DNA of 59,152 nucleotides, counting the filler. It is 5 parts of 5 records of this genome, joined end to end, with 100 filler letters (N's around TTAATTAATTAA, not from the genome) between each part and the next. Parts side by side here need not be neighbours in the genome. Positions count along the whole stretch, not along the records: positions 33,943 to 47,127 come from SRR31147125_3244; positions 47,228 to 59,152 come from SRR31147125_3255; 3 more parts are not named here. One strand, written 5' to 3'. Below the pieces are notes generated by a model. It had not been told where the DNA came from, searched no databases, and saw only the letters and a list, made by a program, of their open reading frames with translations. Within the stretch, counting starts at the first letter, position 1. The number at the start of each line of letters is the position of its first letter. Made by a program: the position numbers and the translations under genes. Positions 41,542 through 52,374 of the stretch are shown one piece after another.

Positions 41542-44500
41542 TTATATTTTAATTCCAACAAGAGTTATATCATCTCTTTGTTTTTCTCCGTTCATATGAT
41601 TATCAAGTTTATCTAGTAATATTTTCTTTTGTTGTGTTAACGGGATATTAGAAAGTTCAAAAAGAGTTTTCTCTAAGTTATTAATTCCTAACATATTATT
41701 TAGAGGATCATTTTGGTCAGTATAACCATCGCTGGCAAGATAAACGATATCATTTTTTCCTAACTCAATTTCATGTGTTGAGAATAATCTAGTTTTCTCT
41801 TTTTGCCTTCCCCCAATGGATTTTTTGTCTCCTCTAATTCTAATTAATTCTTTGTTAGAATTAGACCATTTTAGGTGATAAAGTGGAAGCTTAGCTCCTG
41901 CAAATAATAGCTTTGAGTTGGCTTTGTCAAATATGCAAATTGACACATCCATTCCATCTAATTGCTGAAGTTTTTTTATTTTAGCCTTCTCTTCATCTTG
42001 TCTAAGAATCGAACGAACTTCTTTATGAAGTTCCCTAAGTATAAGACTAGGATCTAATGTGATATCAGATGTAACAATTTTATCTAATAAAGTGCTTCCA
42101 ATCATAGATAAAAATCCTCCAGGAACACCATGTCCTGTACAATCGACTACAGCGAAGACGCATTTATCATCAAGAATCTTTGACCAATAAAAATCTCCAG
42201 AGACTACATCTACAGGTAGATAAATCAAAAAATAATCCGAAAAATATGAACTTATGTCTTTTTTTCTAGGAAGTATTAGACTCTGAATTCTTTTAGCATA
42301 GTCAATACTATCAGTTAGTTTTTTATTCTTAATATTTAACTCTTCAGTTCTTTCTTTAACTTTTTCCTCAAGTGTTTTATTTATCTTTTCAAGCTCAGAA
42401 TATATGTTAGCATTTTCAACAGAGATTGCAAGTTGTGATGCTAAAATATCTAGCATTTGAATTCTTTCCTCCGAAAATGCACTAGTAGTTAAGTTATTTT
42501 CTAGATAGAGTAAACCAATTAATTTTTGTTTATTAAGCATCGGAACACACAAGATTGATTTTATTGATTTCTCTTTTATATATACACTATTTGAAAATTT
42601 ATTATTATTAATCGCATCTTCAATTACAATATGCTGTTTTGTTCTCAGAACATAATTAATAATTTCTGATGGAACAATCTTGTCTTTTGATTGACTGTAA
42701 GCTTGTGATTGAAGAAAGACTTTTTTTCCTTTAGTTAAATCTATTTCAGTTTCAACAAACAGTTCATCATTTTTAGCTAATAAAAGACAACCTTTTTGTG
42801 CACCAGCATTTTCTATAAGATAGTTCATCATCTGCTCTAATAATTTGTTAAGTTGAATCTCACCAGAAAGAGCTTGAGATGCTTTTAGTATAGAAGTGAA
42901 ATCAAGCATATTCATTGCACTAGATGTACTATTTATTTGTTGAGTACTAGACATTAAAGTTGAAACACTAACATTTGAATTATCATTTGATGAAATAAAC
43001 TCTGGATATTTAATTTGCAGGTTATTAGCTTTAAGAAGTAAACCAAGTTTTTTATAAGTAAAATAGGCATCTTTTAAATGTAAAACTGCAATTTTTTGCT
43101 GACCTTCTTTTAAGTAAAAGCTAAAAGCTAATTCATTTGCATATGCTTCATCAACAAGATTTCCATTTTCTTTTGCCAGTTCAATTGAAAATGTATATAG
43201 TTTAATTGCGTTTTCAAAGTTATCTTTAATTTTACTAAGTTCAGCTTCAATTAATAAATATTTATTCTGATAATTTTTTGGTGAGTGTTGTCCCCATTTT
43301 TTAAATAACTTTTGATTTTTTTAATTTGCTTAACTAAATTTTCATCAGAAGTTTCTTCATATAACTTGAGCAAGATCAGAGACTGTTTAAAGTAAAACAT
43401 AGGGTAGTTCATCGACCCTAGATTATTTTCTAAGTATTTTTCGGCATTATTAATACATTTTACAGCTAAACTATAGTTTTGAGTGTAATAATGATAAATT
43501 GCATTAGAGTAATTAATGAAGTATAAGCCTATTCCGTCATTGATTTTGTCAAAATTATCTAATAATTGCTTTGATGTAACTTCGTATTCCGTTTTTGATT
43601 TTTTATTTGCTAATAATGAAATTAAATTTTGGAAAACATGAGTATATGTTAATTGTTTAATCTGCTTAAGTTTTGAAATAGTCTTTTCACACTCATTAAA
43701 CGCTTCTAATGCTTCATTTAAAGTTATTCCAGAATAATAGTTGTACTCACATTTAAGAAAAATTGCCCAAGCAGCGTATTCTAAATCACCATTTTGTAAT
43801 GCTAAATTATATGATAAGTCGATATGATTCAGAATATCTGATACTTTTTCTTTCCAATGAAGAACAAAGTTAGATACATAAAATATAACTCGCTCTCTAA
43901 ATTGATTGTATCTATCTTCTTTTGAGAGCTTCAATGCTACATTACCAACTTTATAAGCAGAATCATAGTCTTTTAATACACCTGCAAGGATTAAGCCATA
44001 TAGTGCATAAGCTTCTGCAGCAGATGATGTGTTCCCATATTTCAATGACAACTGTACTTGTGTTAAAACTACAATAGGAAATAGATTTGGTGATGCTACA
44101 TAGCATAATGAAAGAATATTGGATAAAACTTTCATGGTAGCAAGCATTTTTTCATCCTTCATCTCATCTAAATATAGTAAGCTGTCAATTTTATTATTCT
44201 TTAATTTTGTTTTTGTTTTAATTAATGCAGAAAGAATAGCAAGGTTATCAGGTTTTTTAGGTAAAGTTAATCCTAATTCCTTTAAGATATCTTTTGCGAG
44301 AATTAAACCTTGCTCATATTCATTTTTAGCTAAACAAGCATAGATATTACTTTCATAAGCTTTAATTTTATCTATTGGAGTTTTTGAGTTATTAAAAACT
44401 AACTGCGTGTAGACTTTCATTTGTGTATAATTTCCAGTTAAAAAACAAGCCTCAGCAGCTTCACTATATAGAGTAATTGCCAAATTATAATGTTTGTGCC

Positions 44501-46835
44501 AATAATTTTCGTTTGAGAAATTAATTGCATTTTCAAAGAGAATTAGTGCTTGTTGATAAGCACCAGAGTTTTTTGCTCTAATCCCAGCTTGAATATTTAA
44601 CTTTGCTACTTCTTGAAGTTCTTCGTCTTCAATTACCAGATCGGCAGCTTCATTATAATGATTAACTAATTCAAATATTCTTTCATCTTTTTCGAGTTTT
44701 ACTAATTGATTGTTTAGTAATCTAGCCACATTAATGTGAATATCTTTTCTTTCTTCTACAGGTAACATCGAATATGCAGCTTGTCTAATTTTATCATGAT
44801 AAAATTTATACATGATGCTAGTTGTATTGTCTAAATCTTTTACAAATCTATAAGAATCATTTAATGGGAAAATAAGCTCTTCAGCCAGCAGATCCCACAG
44901 TATGTTTGAAAGTTTCTCAATACTATTATTTGATATCTTTGATAAAATATCAAGATTAAATTGACTACCAATACAAGAAGCAATTTTTAAAAGAGTTTGT
45001 GAGTCAAAAGATAGCTTTTCTATTTTTTTAGTCATTAGATCGATTACGTTTTCCGTAATATTAGTTTTTTCTATATTATCTAAATTGTAACTCCAGATAT
45101 TTTCATCATAATCATAAACTAGATATTGTTCAGTATAAAGTCTACTTAAAAATTGCTTAAGAAAAAATGGATTTCCAGCAGTTTTTTTATAGCATAAATT
45201 AGCTAATTTTTTCATATATTCAGAATCAGATGGGAAATTATCCTGAATAATCTCAGCAATGTGTACATTGTTTAACTCGTTTAATTTTAAATAACTTAAT
45301 GGTGCCAGATTATTTTCTAAATTCTTTAGGGAGTTTTTCAATATATGAGTATTATCTATTTCATTGTCTCTATAAGCACCTATAATGAATAGATATTCAA
45401 AGTCATTGTTAGTGATAAAACTCTCTAATAATTTAAGTGAAGCTAGATCAACCCATTGAAGGTCATCAAGAAATAGAACTAAAGGTTGTTTTTTACTTAA
45501 AAATACCTTTATAAAATTAGAAAGTAATCTGTTAAACCTAAATGAAGATTCAGTGGCATTTAGGGTTTGTACTTCGGCCTGTTTTCCAATAATTAATTCT
45601 AAGTCTGGAAGGACTTCAATTAGAACTTGACTTTGATTTTTAAGTGCTGAGAGGATTCTAGTTTTCCAAACCTCAATACTTTCTTTTGATTCTGTGAGTA
45701 TTTGTGAAATAAGCTCATTTAACGCTTCTAAAATAGCAGAATATGGAGTACTCTTTTTTAATTCCTCATATTTTCCACTAATTAAATATCCTCTTTTTTC
45801 AGTTAGAGGTTTATTTAGTTCGTTAACAAGAGAAGTTTTTCCAACACCTGAGTATCCAGAGATAAGCAAAACTTCAATAGAACCCATATTAACTCGTTTA
45901 AACGCTTCAAGTACTTGCTTAATTTCATTATCTCTACCATACAGCTTATTGGATACTTGGAATTTTCCACTAAAATCTTTTTTACCAAGCTTAAACTCCT
46001 TAATTTTTCCGTAGTATTTGTATTCACTAAGGCAAAGCTCCAAATCAGCTATTAATCCAATTGTTGATTTGTATCTATCTTCAGCCATTTTATTCATTAG
46101 CTTAATAATGATTTTAGAGATTTGTTCAGGAATGTCAGTATTAATCTCATGAGGTGTAAGTGGTGACTTTGCAATATGCATATGAATAAGCTCCATATTA
46201 TCATCTGAATAGAAAGGGAGCTCACCTGTAATTAATTTATAAAATGTTATGCCTAAAGAGTATAAATCAGTTCTATAATCAACAGGTCTATTTATTCTAC
46301 CTGTTTGTTCAGGTGAAATATAGCTAATAGTTCCTTCAAGACTATTTGGACTTTTTATTTCTAAAGATTCGTTAGATAATTTGGTAGAGATCTCAAAATC
46401 AATTATTTTTACTTCTCCAGTTTTTCTATTCCATAAAATATTAGATGGATTAATATCCTTATGTATAATATTTTGCTGATGAATGTTTGAAACACATTTA
46501 GCCATTTTAATAAAAATTTCAAGAATGTATGATATGTCAAATCTGGAGAAATCTATATTTGTAAGAGGTTCGCCGTTAAAGCATTCTCTAATAAGAGCGA
46601 TGGAGTTTTCATAATCTAAAACTTCAACAATCTTAAGAGTACCTGGAATTTCTAAATTTTTAAGTAGTTCATATTCATATTTAAATCTAGTAACAGCTTC
46701 AGTATCAGGGTAATCTGAATTAAGCACTTTTATAATAACTTTGTTATTATCCTCAATATTTTCTCCTAAAAAAATTAAACTTTTAGAACTTTCATAAATT
46801 TTATTTTTTATATTATATTTATTTCTTAAATTCAA
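41542..46835 (-). CDS. Giant Ser/Thr kinase - AAA ATPase - TPR-like - GAF - SpoIIE (PP2C) phosphatase; 1-nt indel at about 43316-43322
   Basis: HKDINPSN, IIDFEI, GTISYISPEQTGR; GYSGVGKT, LFLDDLQW, GNPFF. An extra A gives NQKLFKKWGQHSPKNY.. in frame with ORF 41542..42954 (GAF; SGDFYW, DCTGHGVPG, SDGYTDQ, QRDDITL). Confidence 0.9.
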
Positions 46836-47036
46836 GATAAATCCTCCTGTGGTAAAGCTTCTCTTACTTTAAATTTTATACAAAATTAGCAAAAAAATCA
46901 AGAACTTTAACATCTTAATGAAATAAGATATTTTGCATACAATATGATTAAATAAACTTATGATATTAATAATTTAAATAATAATAAAATTATCAAAATA
47001 TTTCATCATTACTTGGTAGACATTAGCAAATAAAAA

Positions 47037-47067
47037 GTCAATGACAACATGTTAAAGTGTCATTGAC
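47037..47067 (-). terminator. Terminator of the GGDEF gene
   Basis: GTCAATGACA-11 nt-TGTCATTGAC with a T-run on the minus strand. Confidence 0.7.
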
Positions 47068-47073
47068 AAATAT

Positions 47074-47127
47074 CTAAAATAGTTCAGTTCTATTACGTCC
47101 AAGCTTTTTAGCATCATACATAGCTTT
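47074..47127 (-). CDS. C-terminal end of a GGDEF diguanylate cyclase (partial)
   Basis: KAMYDAKKLGRNRTELF* matches the GGDEF terminal motif ALYxAKxxGRN. Confidence 0.75.
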   Translation of the reverse strand, partial: KAMYDAKKLGRNRTELF

Positions 47128-47227
47128 NNNNNNNNNNNNNNNNNNNNNNNNNNNNNNNNNNNNNNNNNNNNTTAATTAATTAANNNNNNNNNNNNNNNNN
47201 NNNNNNNNNNNNNNNNNNNNNNNNNNN
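47128..47227. other. Artificial contig spacer
   Basis: N44-TTAATTAATTAA-N44. Confidence 0.99.
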
Positions 47228-47231
47228 AAAA

Positions 47232-47378
47232 GTGTGGAGAAACTCCACACACCATTCTTTCAATTCTGAGATAAGTGATAGAATACTTTAACCCTCACTT
47301 TGAAAACATGTCTAACTTATTGTTTATTATAATTGATAAAATATGCGAAATTGTCATGTTTTTGGCAAGGAATTTGTA
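47232..47378 (+). promoter_or_regulatory. Probable sigma54 promoter with an upstream palindromic activator site
   Basis: GTGTGGAG-aaa-CTCCACAC (47232-47250, TGT-N11-ACA); IHF-like TAACTTATTG (about 47313); TTGGCAAGGAATTTGTA (47362-47378, GG-N10-GT variant). Confidence 0.6.
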
Positions 47379-47428
47379 TAGTAGTGAATCTTAATTTACA
47401 TAATTAAGTATAATTTGAAAAAAAACAA

Positions 47429-47797
47429 ATGAATTGCCTTTTTATAACAAATGCTAACAATAAAGTTTCTATGGAACTGGTCGAATATTTGGAATTACGG
47501 GGCGTTCCAATTTTATCGACTTTGGATCCATTGGTTGGTATACAAAAGGCACAGGAACAGCATTTTGACGTTATTATATTAGAAGCACAACCACAGATTA
47601 TTAATGTAGAACGAGCTATTCAGTTGTTAAAAGGATGTGATCCTCTGGCACGGATTATTGTGCATACAGAATCAAATTCAAGAAGTTTGGAATCTAAGGT
47701 GAGAAAAGAACAGGTTTTTTATTATCACGTTGATTCTTTTGGTACAGGTGACCTAAAGTTGGCTGTTGCCAGTGCTTTAAAGTTAGATGACGTTTAA
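47429..47797 (+). CDS. Atypical (pseudo) receiver-domain protein
   Basis: REC-like fold with VIILE in place of the phospho-Asp, no acidic pair and no conserved Lys; VRKEQVFYYH motif. Confidence 0.65.
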   Translation: MNCLFITNANNKVSMELVEYLELRGVPILSTLDPLVGIQKAQEQHFDVIILEAQPQIINVERAIQLLKGCDPLARIIVHTESNSRSLESKVRKEQVFYYHVDSFGTGDLKLAVASALKLDDV

Positions 47798-47905
47798 AGC
47801 CGTATCGAATAGATTTTCATTTACCAACAAATACTTTTTATATTAGATTGCCAGATTAATTAAGGCTAAAAAAAGATAAAAAAATATCAACATATCCCAA
47901 AAAAA

Positions 47906-48337
47906 ATGATGGGAGAAGATATGGTAAATACAATAAAAATATTGATAGCTGATGACGATCCGGATTTTATAGAGATAAACCGGACCATTCTCGAATCAGC
48001 TGGTTATGTGATTGATGAAGCTTTAACGTCGACAGAAGCGCTTGAAAAAGTCAGATCTGAACATTATGATCTTCTCATACTCGATCTTATGATGGAAGAA
48101 CGAGATGCCGGATTTACGGTAGCTTATGCCGTACGTGAAGATGATAATCTAAAATATCTACCTATTTTGATGCTTACCTCGGCACAAGAAAAAACGGGAT
48201 TTACATTTAATATTTCAAATGATAAAGACTGGATGAAGGTTGATGATTTTGCTGCCAAGCCTTTGAGACCAGCAGATCTTTTGGCAAGAGTTAAAACTCT
48301 CTTAGAAAAAGGTGCGAAATCACGTGAATCAAAATAA
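47906..48337 (+). CDS. Single-domain response regulator (paralog 1)
   Basis: IADDD; LILDLMM; LTS; AKP. The start may be the ATG at 47921. Confidence 0.92.
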   Translation: MMGEDMVNTIKILIADDDPDFIEINRTILESAGYVIDEALTSTEALEKVRSEHYDLLILDLMMEERDAGFTVAYAVREDDNLKYLPILMLTSAQEKTGFTFNISNDKDWMKVDDFAAKPLRPADLLARVKTLLEKGAKSRESK

Positions 48338-49805
48338 TAAGATTAAAATCCTTGTGGTCGATGATGAGGAGATTATTCGTGCGGGGTGTGCGAAAATTCT
48401 GGAAATTGAAAATCACGATGTCGATCAGGCAGAAAATGGTATAATAGCCCTTGAAAAAATTCGCTCAAAAGAATACGATCTGGTTCTGCTGGATCTCAAA
48501 ATGCCTGATATGGGGGGGATGGAACTTTTAGATAATTTACATGCGATTGATCAGGATATCGTTTCTATAATTATGACAGCCTATGCGACGATCGAAACAG
48601 CTGTAGATGCCATAAAAAAAGGAGCGTATGATTATTTACCAAAACCGTTTATGCCTGAAGACATGATCACCAAGGTAAATAGAGGACTGGAAAAACGACG
48701 CCTGAGCCTGGAAGCAAAATCTCTTCGAGAGGAAAGGGATCAGAATCTTCTTGCATGTTCTACAGAAAAAACACGTACTCGTATCATTATTGACAGCATG
48801 AAGGAAGGATTGATAGCCACAAACAGAGATGGCCTTGTGGCACTCGTTAATCCAGCTGCCAAGAAATTGTTGCGATTGAAAGATAAAAACTTGATTGGGC
48901 AACCGTATGAAATTCTTTTTGGGGCTGATAAATCAAAAGATACCAGTTCAGAAATATTAAATGCCTCGAAGACAAGCAGAGTTGAATTGACCACAAAGCA
49001 AGGTCGGGTTTTGCAAACCCACACCACTCCCATTATGGATATGAATGATGAGTGTATCGGCTCTGTGACGGTTCTGATCGATATTACAAAAGAAAAACAA
49101 ATTGAAAATATGAAATCCGATTTTATTCGAATGGTTTCGCACGAATTAAAAGCACCCATTGGAGCGATTGAAGGTTATCTTAACCTCATTATTGATGGTG
49201 TGGTGGAAGGACAGCCTGAAAAACAAAAGGATATTATCCGGAAATCCCGTGACAAAGCTGAAAATTTAATAGAACTTGTAAATGATTTACTGGACTTGTC
49301 TCGTTCAGACAGCAAGGTTTCAAAAGTTATAGAACCTGTGGATCTTGGAAAAGTACTTAAAGAAACCGTCGATTTCTATCAAAATCAGGCAAATGAAAAA
49401 AACATTCAATTCGGATATGAAATAGATTGCAAAGATGCTGTTTTACGAGGACATCGGGATGATTTATCTAGACTCTTTGCAAATTTGGTTAGCAATGCCA
49501 TTAAATATACGCCTGAAAAGGGTATTGTTTCCGTACAATTAATGCAGTCAGATTCACAAATTACGATCGAAGTTAAAGACTCTGGCATTGGTATTCCAGA
49601 AGCAGATTTACAAAAAATATTTAGTGATTTTTATCGTTGCAGTAACGCAATAAAGAACAAAATTTCGGGCACCGGTTTAGGGTTGTCTATCGCACGTAAA
49701 ATAACAGAAGAACACCATGGTTATATAGAAATTGAGAGTCAGGAAAACGTGGGCTCAACATTTCGCGTTATATTTCCATTAATGGAAAAATTTAATTTAT
49801 CTTAA
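48324..49805 (+). CDS. REC-PAS-HisKA-HATPase hybrid kinase (paralog 1)
   Basis: VVDDE..LLDLKMP..PKP; SHELKAPI; NLVSNAIKYT; DSGIGI; GTGLGL. GTG start after AAAGGTG. Confidence 0.93.
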   Translation: MNQNNKIKILVVDDEEIIRAGCAKILEIENHDVDQAENGIIALEKIRSKEYDLVLLDLKMPDMGGMELLDNLHAIDQDIVSIIMTAYATIETAVDAIKKGAYDYLPKPFMPEDMITKVNRGLEKRRLSLEAKSLREERDQNLLACSTEKTRTRIIIDSMKEGLIATNRDGLVALVNPAAKKLLRLKDKNLIGQPYEILFGADKSKDTSSEILNASKTSRVELTTKQGRVLQTHTTPIMDMNDECIGSVTVLIDITKEKQIENMKSDFIRMVSHELKAPIGAIEGYLNLIIDGVVEGQPEKQKDIIRKSRDKAENLIELVNDLLDLSRSDSKVSKVIEPVDLGKVLKETVDFYQNQANEKNIQFGYEIDCKDAVLRGHRDDLSRLFANLVSNAIKYTPEKGIVSVQLMQSDSQITIEVKDSGIGIPEADLQKIFSDFYRCSNAIKNKISGTGLGLSIARKITEEHHGYIEIESQENVGSTFRVIFPLMEKFNLS

Positions 49806-49895
49806 CTAGTTTTTAATTGGCAACAATACAAAACACTTTAAAAAAAGTGATAATTTACTACCTATATAAAACAGTACAAAGCGAACGAGGAGTTT

Positions 49896-50351
49896 ATGGA
49901 AACGCAAGAAGTATATAGCAAATATCCAGAAAATGATGCCTCATCACTCATAGCTATGTTGCAGGATATTCAGAGTATTCATGGTTATTTGCCTGAAGAA
50001 GAATTACATAATGTGGCAGAACATACTAAATTGCCTGTAAGTCGGGTATATGGTGTGGCAACATTTTATAATCAGTTTCGGTTGAGACCTTTAGGTAAAC
50101 ATGTTATTCGTGTATGTCGAGGAACTGCCTGTCACGTGAAAGGTTCATTTGATATATTACAAACATTAGAGAGTGAGTTGGGTATTAAAGCAGGAGAAAC
50201 AACAAAGGATTTAAAATTTACCATCGAAACAGTCGCTTGTATAGGGGCATGCAGTATAGCACCTGTCATCATGATAGACGACGAATTTCATGGTGGGCTT
50301 ACTGTAAAAAAGAGTAAAAAGTTGATCGAATACTATCAAAATTTGGAGTGA
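49896..50351 (+). CDS. hydC: [FeFe]-hydrogenase NuoE-like [2Fe-2S] subunit
   Basis: GVATFY; VCRGTACHV; ACIGACSIAP. Confidence 0.93.
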   Translation: METQEVYSKYPENDASSLIAMLQDIQSIHGYLPEEELHNVAEHTKLPVSRVYGVATFYNQFRLRPLGKHVIRVCRGTACHVKGSFDILQTLESELGIKAGETTKDLKFTIETVACIGACSIAPVIMIDDEFHGGLTVKKSKKLIEYYQNLE

Positions 50352-50358
50352 GGGCTGT

Positions 50359-52356
50359 ATGAATTCCTATCAAGCTTTATTTACTAATTGTTGGCACTCG
50401 GCTGAAAATCCATGCAAGTTTTTTGTTAATTGTATCAGCAAGGGTCAACAATGTTACCAGTCTCAGGAGAGCTTTGAGAAACTGGATATATTTAAAAAAG
50501 ATATTTTATTTGAAAAACATGCGGAACCTGTCATACTTGTCGGTATGGGGACCTGTGGTTTAGCAAACGGTGCACAAAAAGTATATGATGCGTTAAAAGA
50601 ACAATTAAAAGTTAACAATATTAATGCAAAGCTTTTATCCACTGGTTGTGTTGGTTATTGCGCAAAGGAGGTTATTGTTGATATTAAACTGCCTGATTTT
50701 CCACGTATTAGTTATTGTGAGGTCACACCAGAAGATGTACCGGAAATAATAGAAAAAACATTAAAAAATGAAGAAGTTATCACAGCCAAGGTTCTTGGAT
50801 TATATAATTCAAATGGAAATCAAAATGGTTGGGATGGCTGTAAAGATATTACAGATGTACCATTTTTTAGCAAACAAAAAAAAGTGGTCCTGGAAAACTG
50901 TGGTATAATAGATCCTGAAAATATTGATCAATATTTGGCCAGGGGTGGTTATAAAGCATTGTCCAGAGCTGTTAATCAGATGTCCTCAAAGGATGTCATT
51001 GATGAAGTTTTAGATGCCGGTTTAAGAGGTAGAGGAGGCGGAGGTTTCCCTGCAGGTAAAAAATGGGAATTTGCTCATAATACATCAAGTGATAAAAAAT
51101 ACTTGATTTGTAATGCTGATGAAGGAGATCCTGGTGCCTTTATGGATCGAGCCGTTTTGGAGGGTGATCCTCACCGTGTTGTTGAGGGGATGATCATCGC
51201 TGCATATGCGATTGGTGCCAGCTTTGGGTATGTATATTGTCGAGCTGAATATCCTTTAGCAATTGCAAGGCTCGAAAAGACGATAGCTGCTGCAGAAGAG
51301 TACGGCTTATTAGGGGATAATATTCTGGGAAGTGGTTTTTGCTTTCATTTGAAAATTAAAAAGGGAGCCGGCGCTTTTGTTTGTGGCGAAGAAACGGCTC
51401 TAATTAATTCTATTGAAGGTAAACGTGGAATGCCAAAACCAAGGCCCCCGTTTCCTGCTGTATCCGGTCTTTTTGGCAAGCCTACAGTTATAAATAACGT
51501 GGAAACCTTAGCCAATGTACCTACAATCCTACGCAATGGCGCTGAATGGTATGCCGGAATAGGGACAGAATCTTCAAAAGGGACAAAAATATTTGCACTG
51601 TCTGGTAAAGTGAATAATACCGGACTTGTTGAAGTCCCAATGGGAACAACCCTTCGCGAGATCGTTTTTGATATTGGTGGTGGTATTCCGGATGGAAAAA
51701 AATTCAAAGCCGTACAAATTGGTGGACCATCTGGTGGCACCTTACCTGAACAAGTTATTGATACTCATATTGATTATGAAAATCTTAAAAAGGTTGGCGC
51801 CATGATGGGGTCAGGCGGACTTGTTGTGATGGACGAAACAACCTGTATGGTCGATCTGGCCAAGTATTTTATGAATTTTATCGCCTCAGAATCATGCGGT
51901 AAATGTATACCTTGTCGCGAAGGCACAAAACGATTACTGGAAATATTGGAACGTCTAACTGAAAGTCATAGAAAAGAAAATGATCCAAAAGACGCTCTTT
52001 TGCGTTTTCAGGGTATGGTTTACCTTGAAAGACTCGCTGAGGTCATCAAAAATACATCGCTTTGCGGATTAGGGCAAACGGCAGCAAATCCGGTACTCAG
52101 CACATTACATTACTTTAAAGATGAGTATGAAGCTCATCTCTATGATCGAAAATGTCCTGCTGGTCAATGTCGGCAACTTTTGACATATAAAATAGACACA
52201 GATAAATGTACTGGTTGTACATTATGTGCGAGAAAATGCCCATCAAATGCTATTTTGGGTGAAAAGAAAAAAGCACATTATATTATTGAAGATAAATGTA
52301 TCCGTTGTGATTTATGTCGGACAAATTGCAAGTTTGATGCTATTACTGTAGAGTGA
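50359..52356 (+). CDS. hydB: [FeFe]-hydrogenase NuoF-like flavoprotein subunit, electron-bifurcating type
   Basis: GRGGGGFP; NADEGDPGAFMDR; CGEETAL; RPPFP; GGPSGG; ESCGKCIPCREG; two C-terminal CxxCxxCxxxC motifs. Confidence 0.95.
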   Translation: MNSYQALFTNCWHSAENPCKFFVNCISKGQQCYQSQESFEKLDIFKKDILFEKHAEPVILVGMGTCGLANGAQKVYDALKEQLKVNNINAKLLSTGCVGYCAKEVIVDIKLPDFPRISYCEVTPEDVPEIIEKTLKNEEVITAKVLGLYNSNGNQNGWDGCKDITDVPFFSKQKKVVLENCGIIDPENIDQYLARGGYKALSRAVNQMSSKDVIDEVLDAGLRGRGGGGFPAGKKWEFAHNTSSDKKYLICNADEGDPGAFMDRAVLEGDPHRVVEGMIIAAYAIGASFGYVYCRAEYPLAIARLEKTIAAAEEYGLLGDNILGSGFCFHLKIKKGAGAFVCGEETALINSIEGKRGMPKPRPPFPAVSGLFGKPTVINNVETLANVPTILRNGAEWYAGIGTESSKGTKIFALSGKVNNTGLVEVPMGTTLREIVFDIGGGIPDGKKFKAVQIGGPSGGTLPEQVIDTHIDYENLKKVGAMMGSGGLVVMDETTCMVDLAKYFMNFIASESCGKCIPCREGTKRLLEILERLTESHRKENDPKDALLRFQGMVYLERLAEVIKNTSLCGLGQTAANPVLSTLHYFKDEYEAHLYDRKCPAGQCRQLLTYKIDTDKCTGCTLCARKCPSNAILGEKKKAHYIIEDKCIRCDLCRTNCKFDAITVE

Positions 52357-52374
52357 ATTATTTGAGGAAGTAAA

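Noticed and set aside
11457-47227. Four identical TTAATTAATTAA motifs inside N runs
   Set aside because: These are artificial contig linkers with stops in six frames. They are not biological repeats, and adjacency across them is meaningless.
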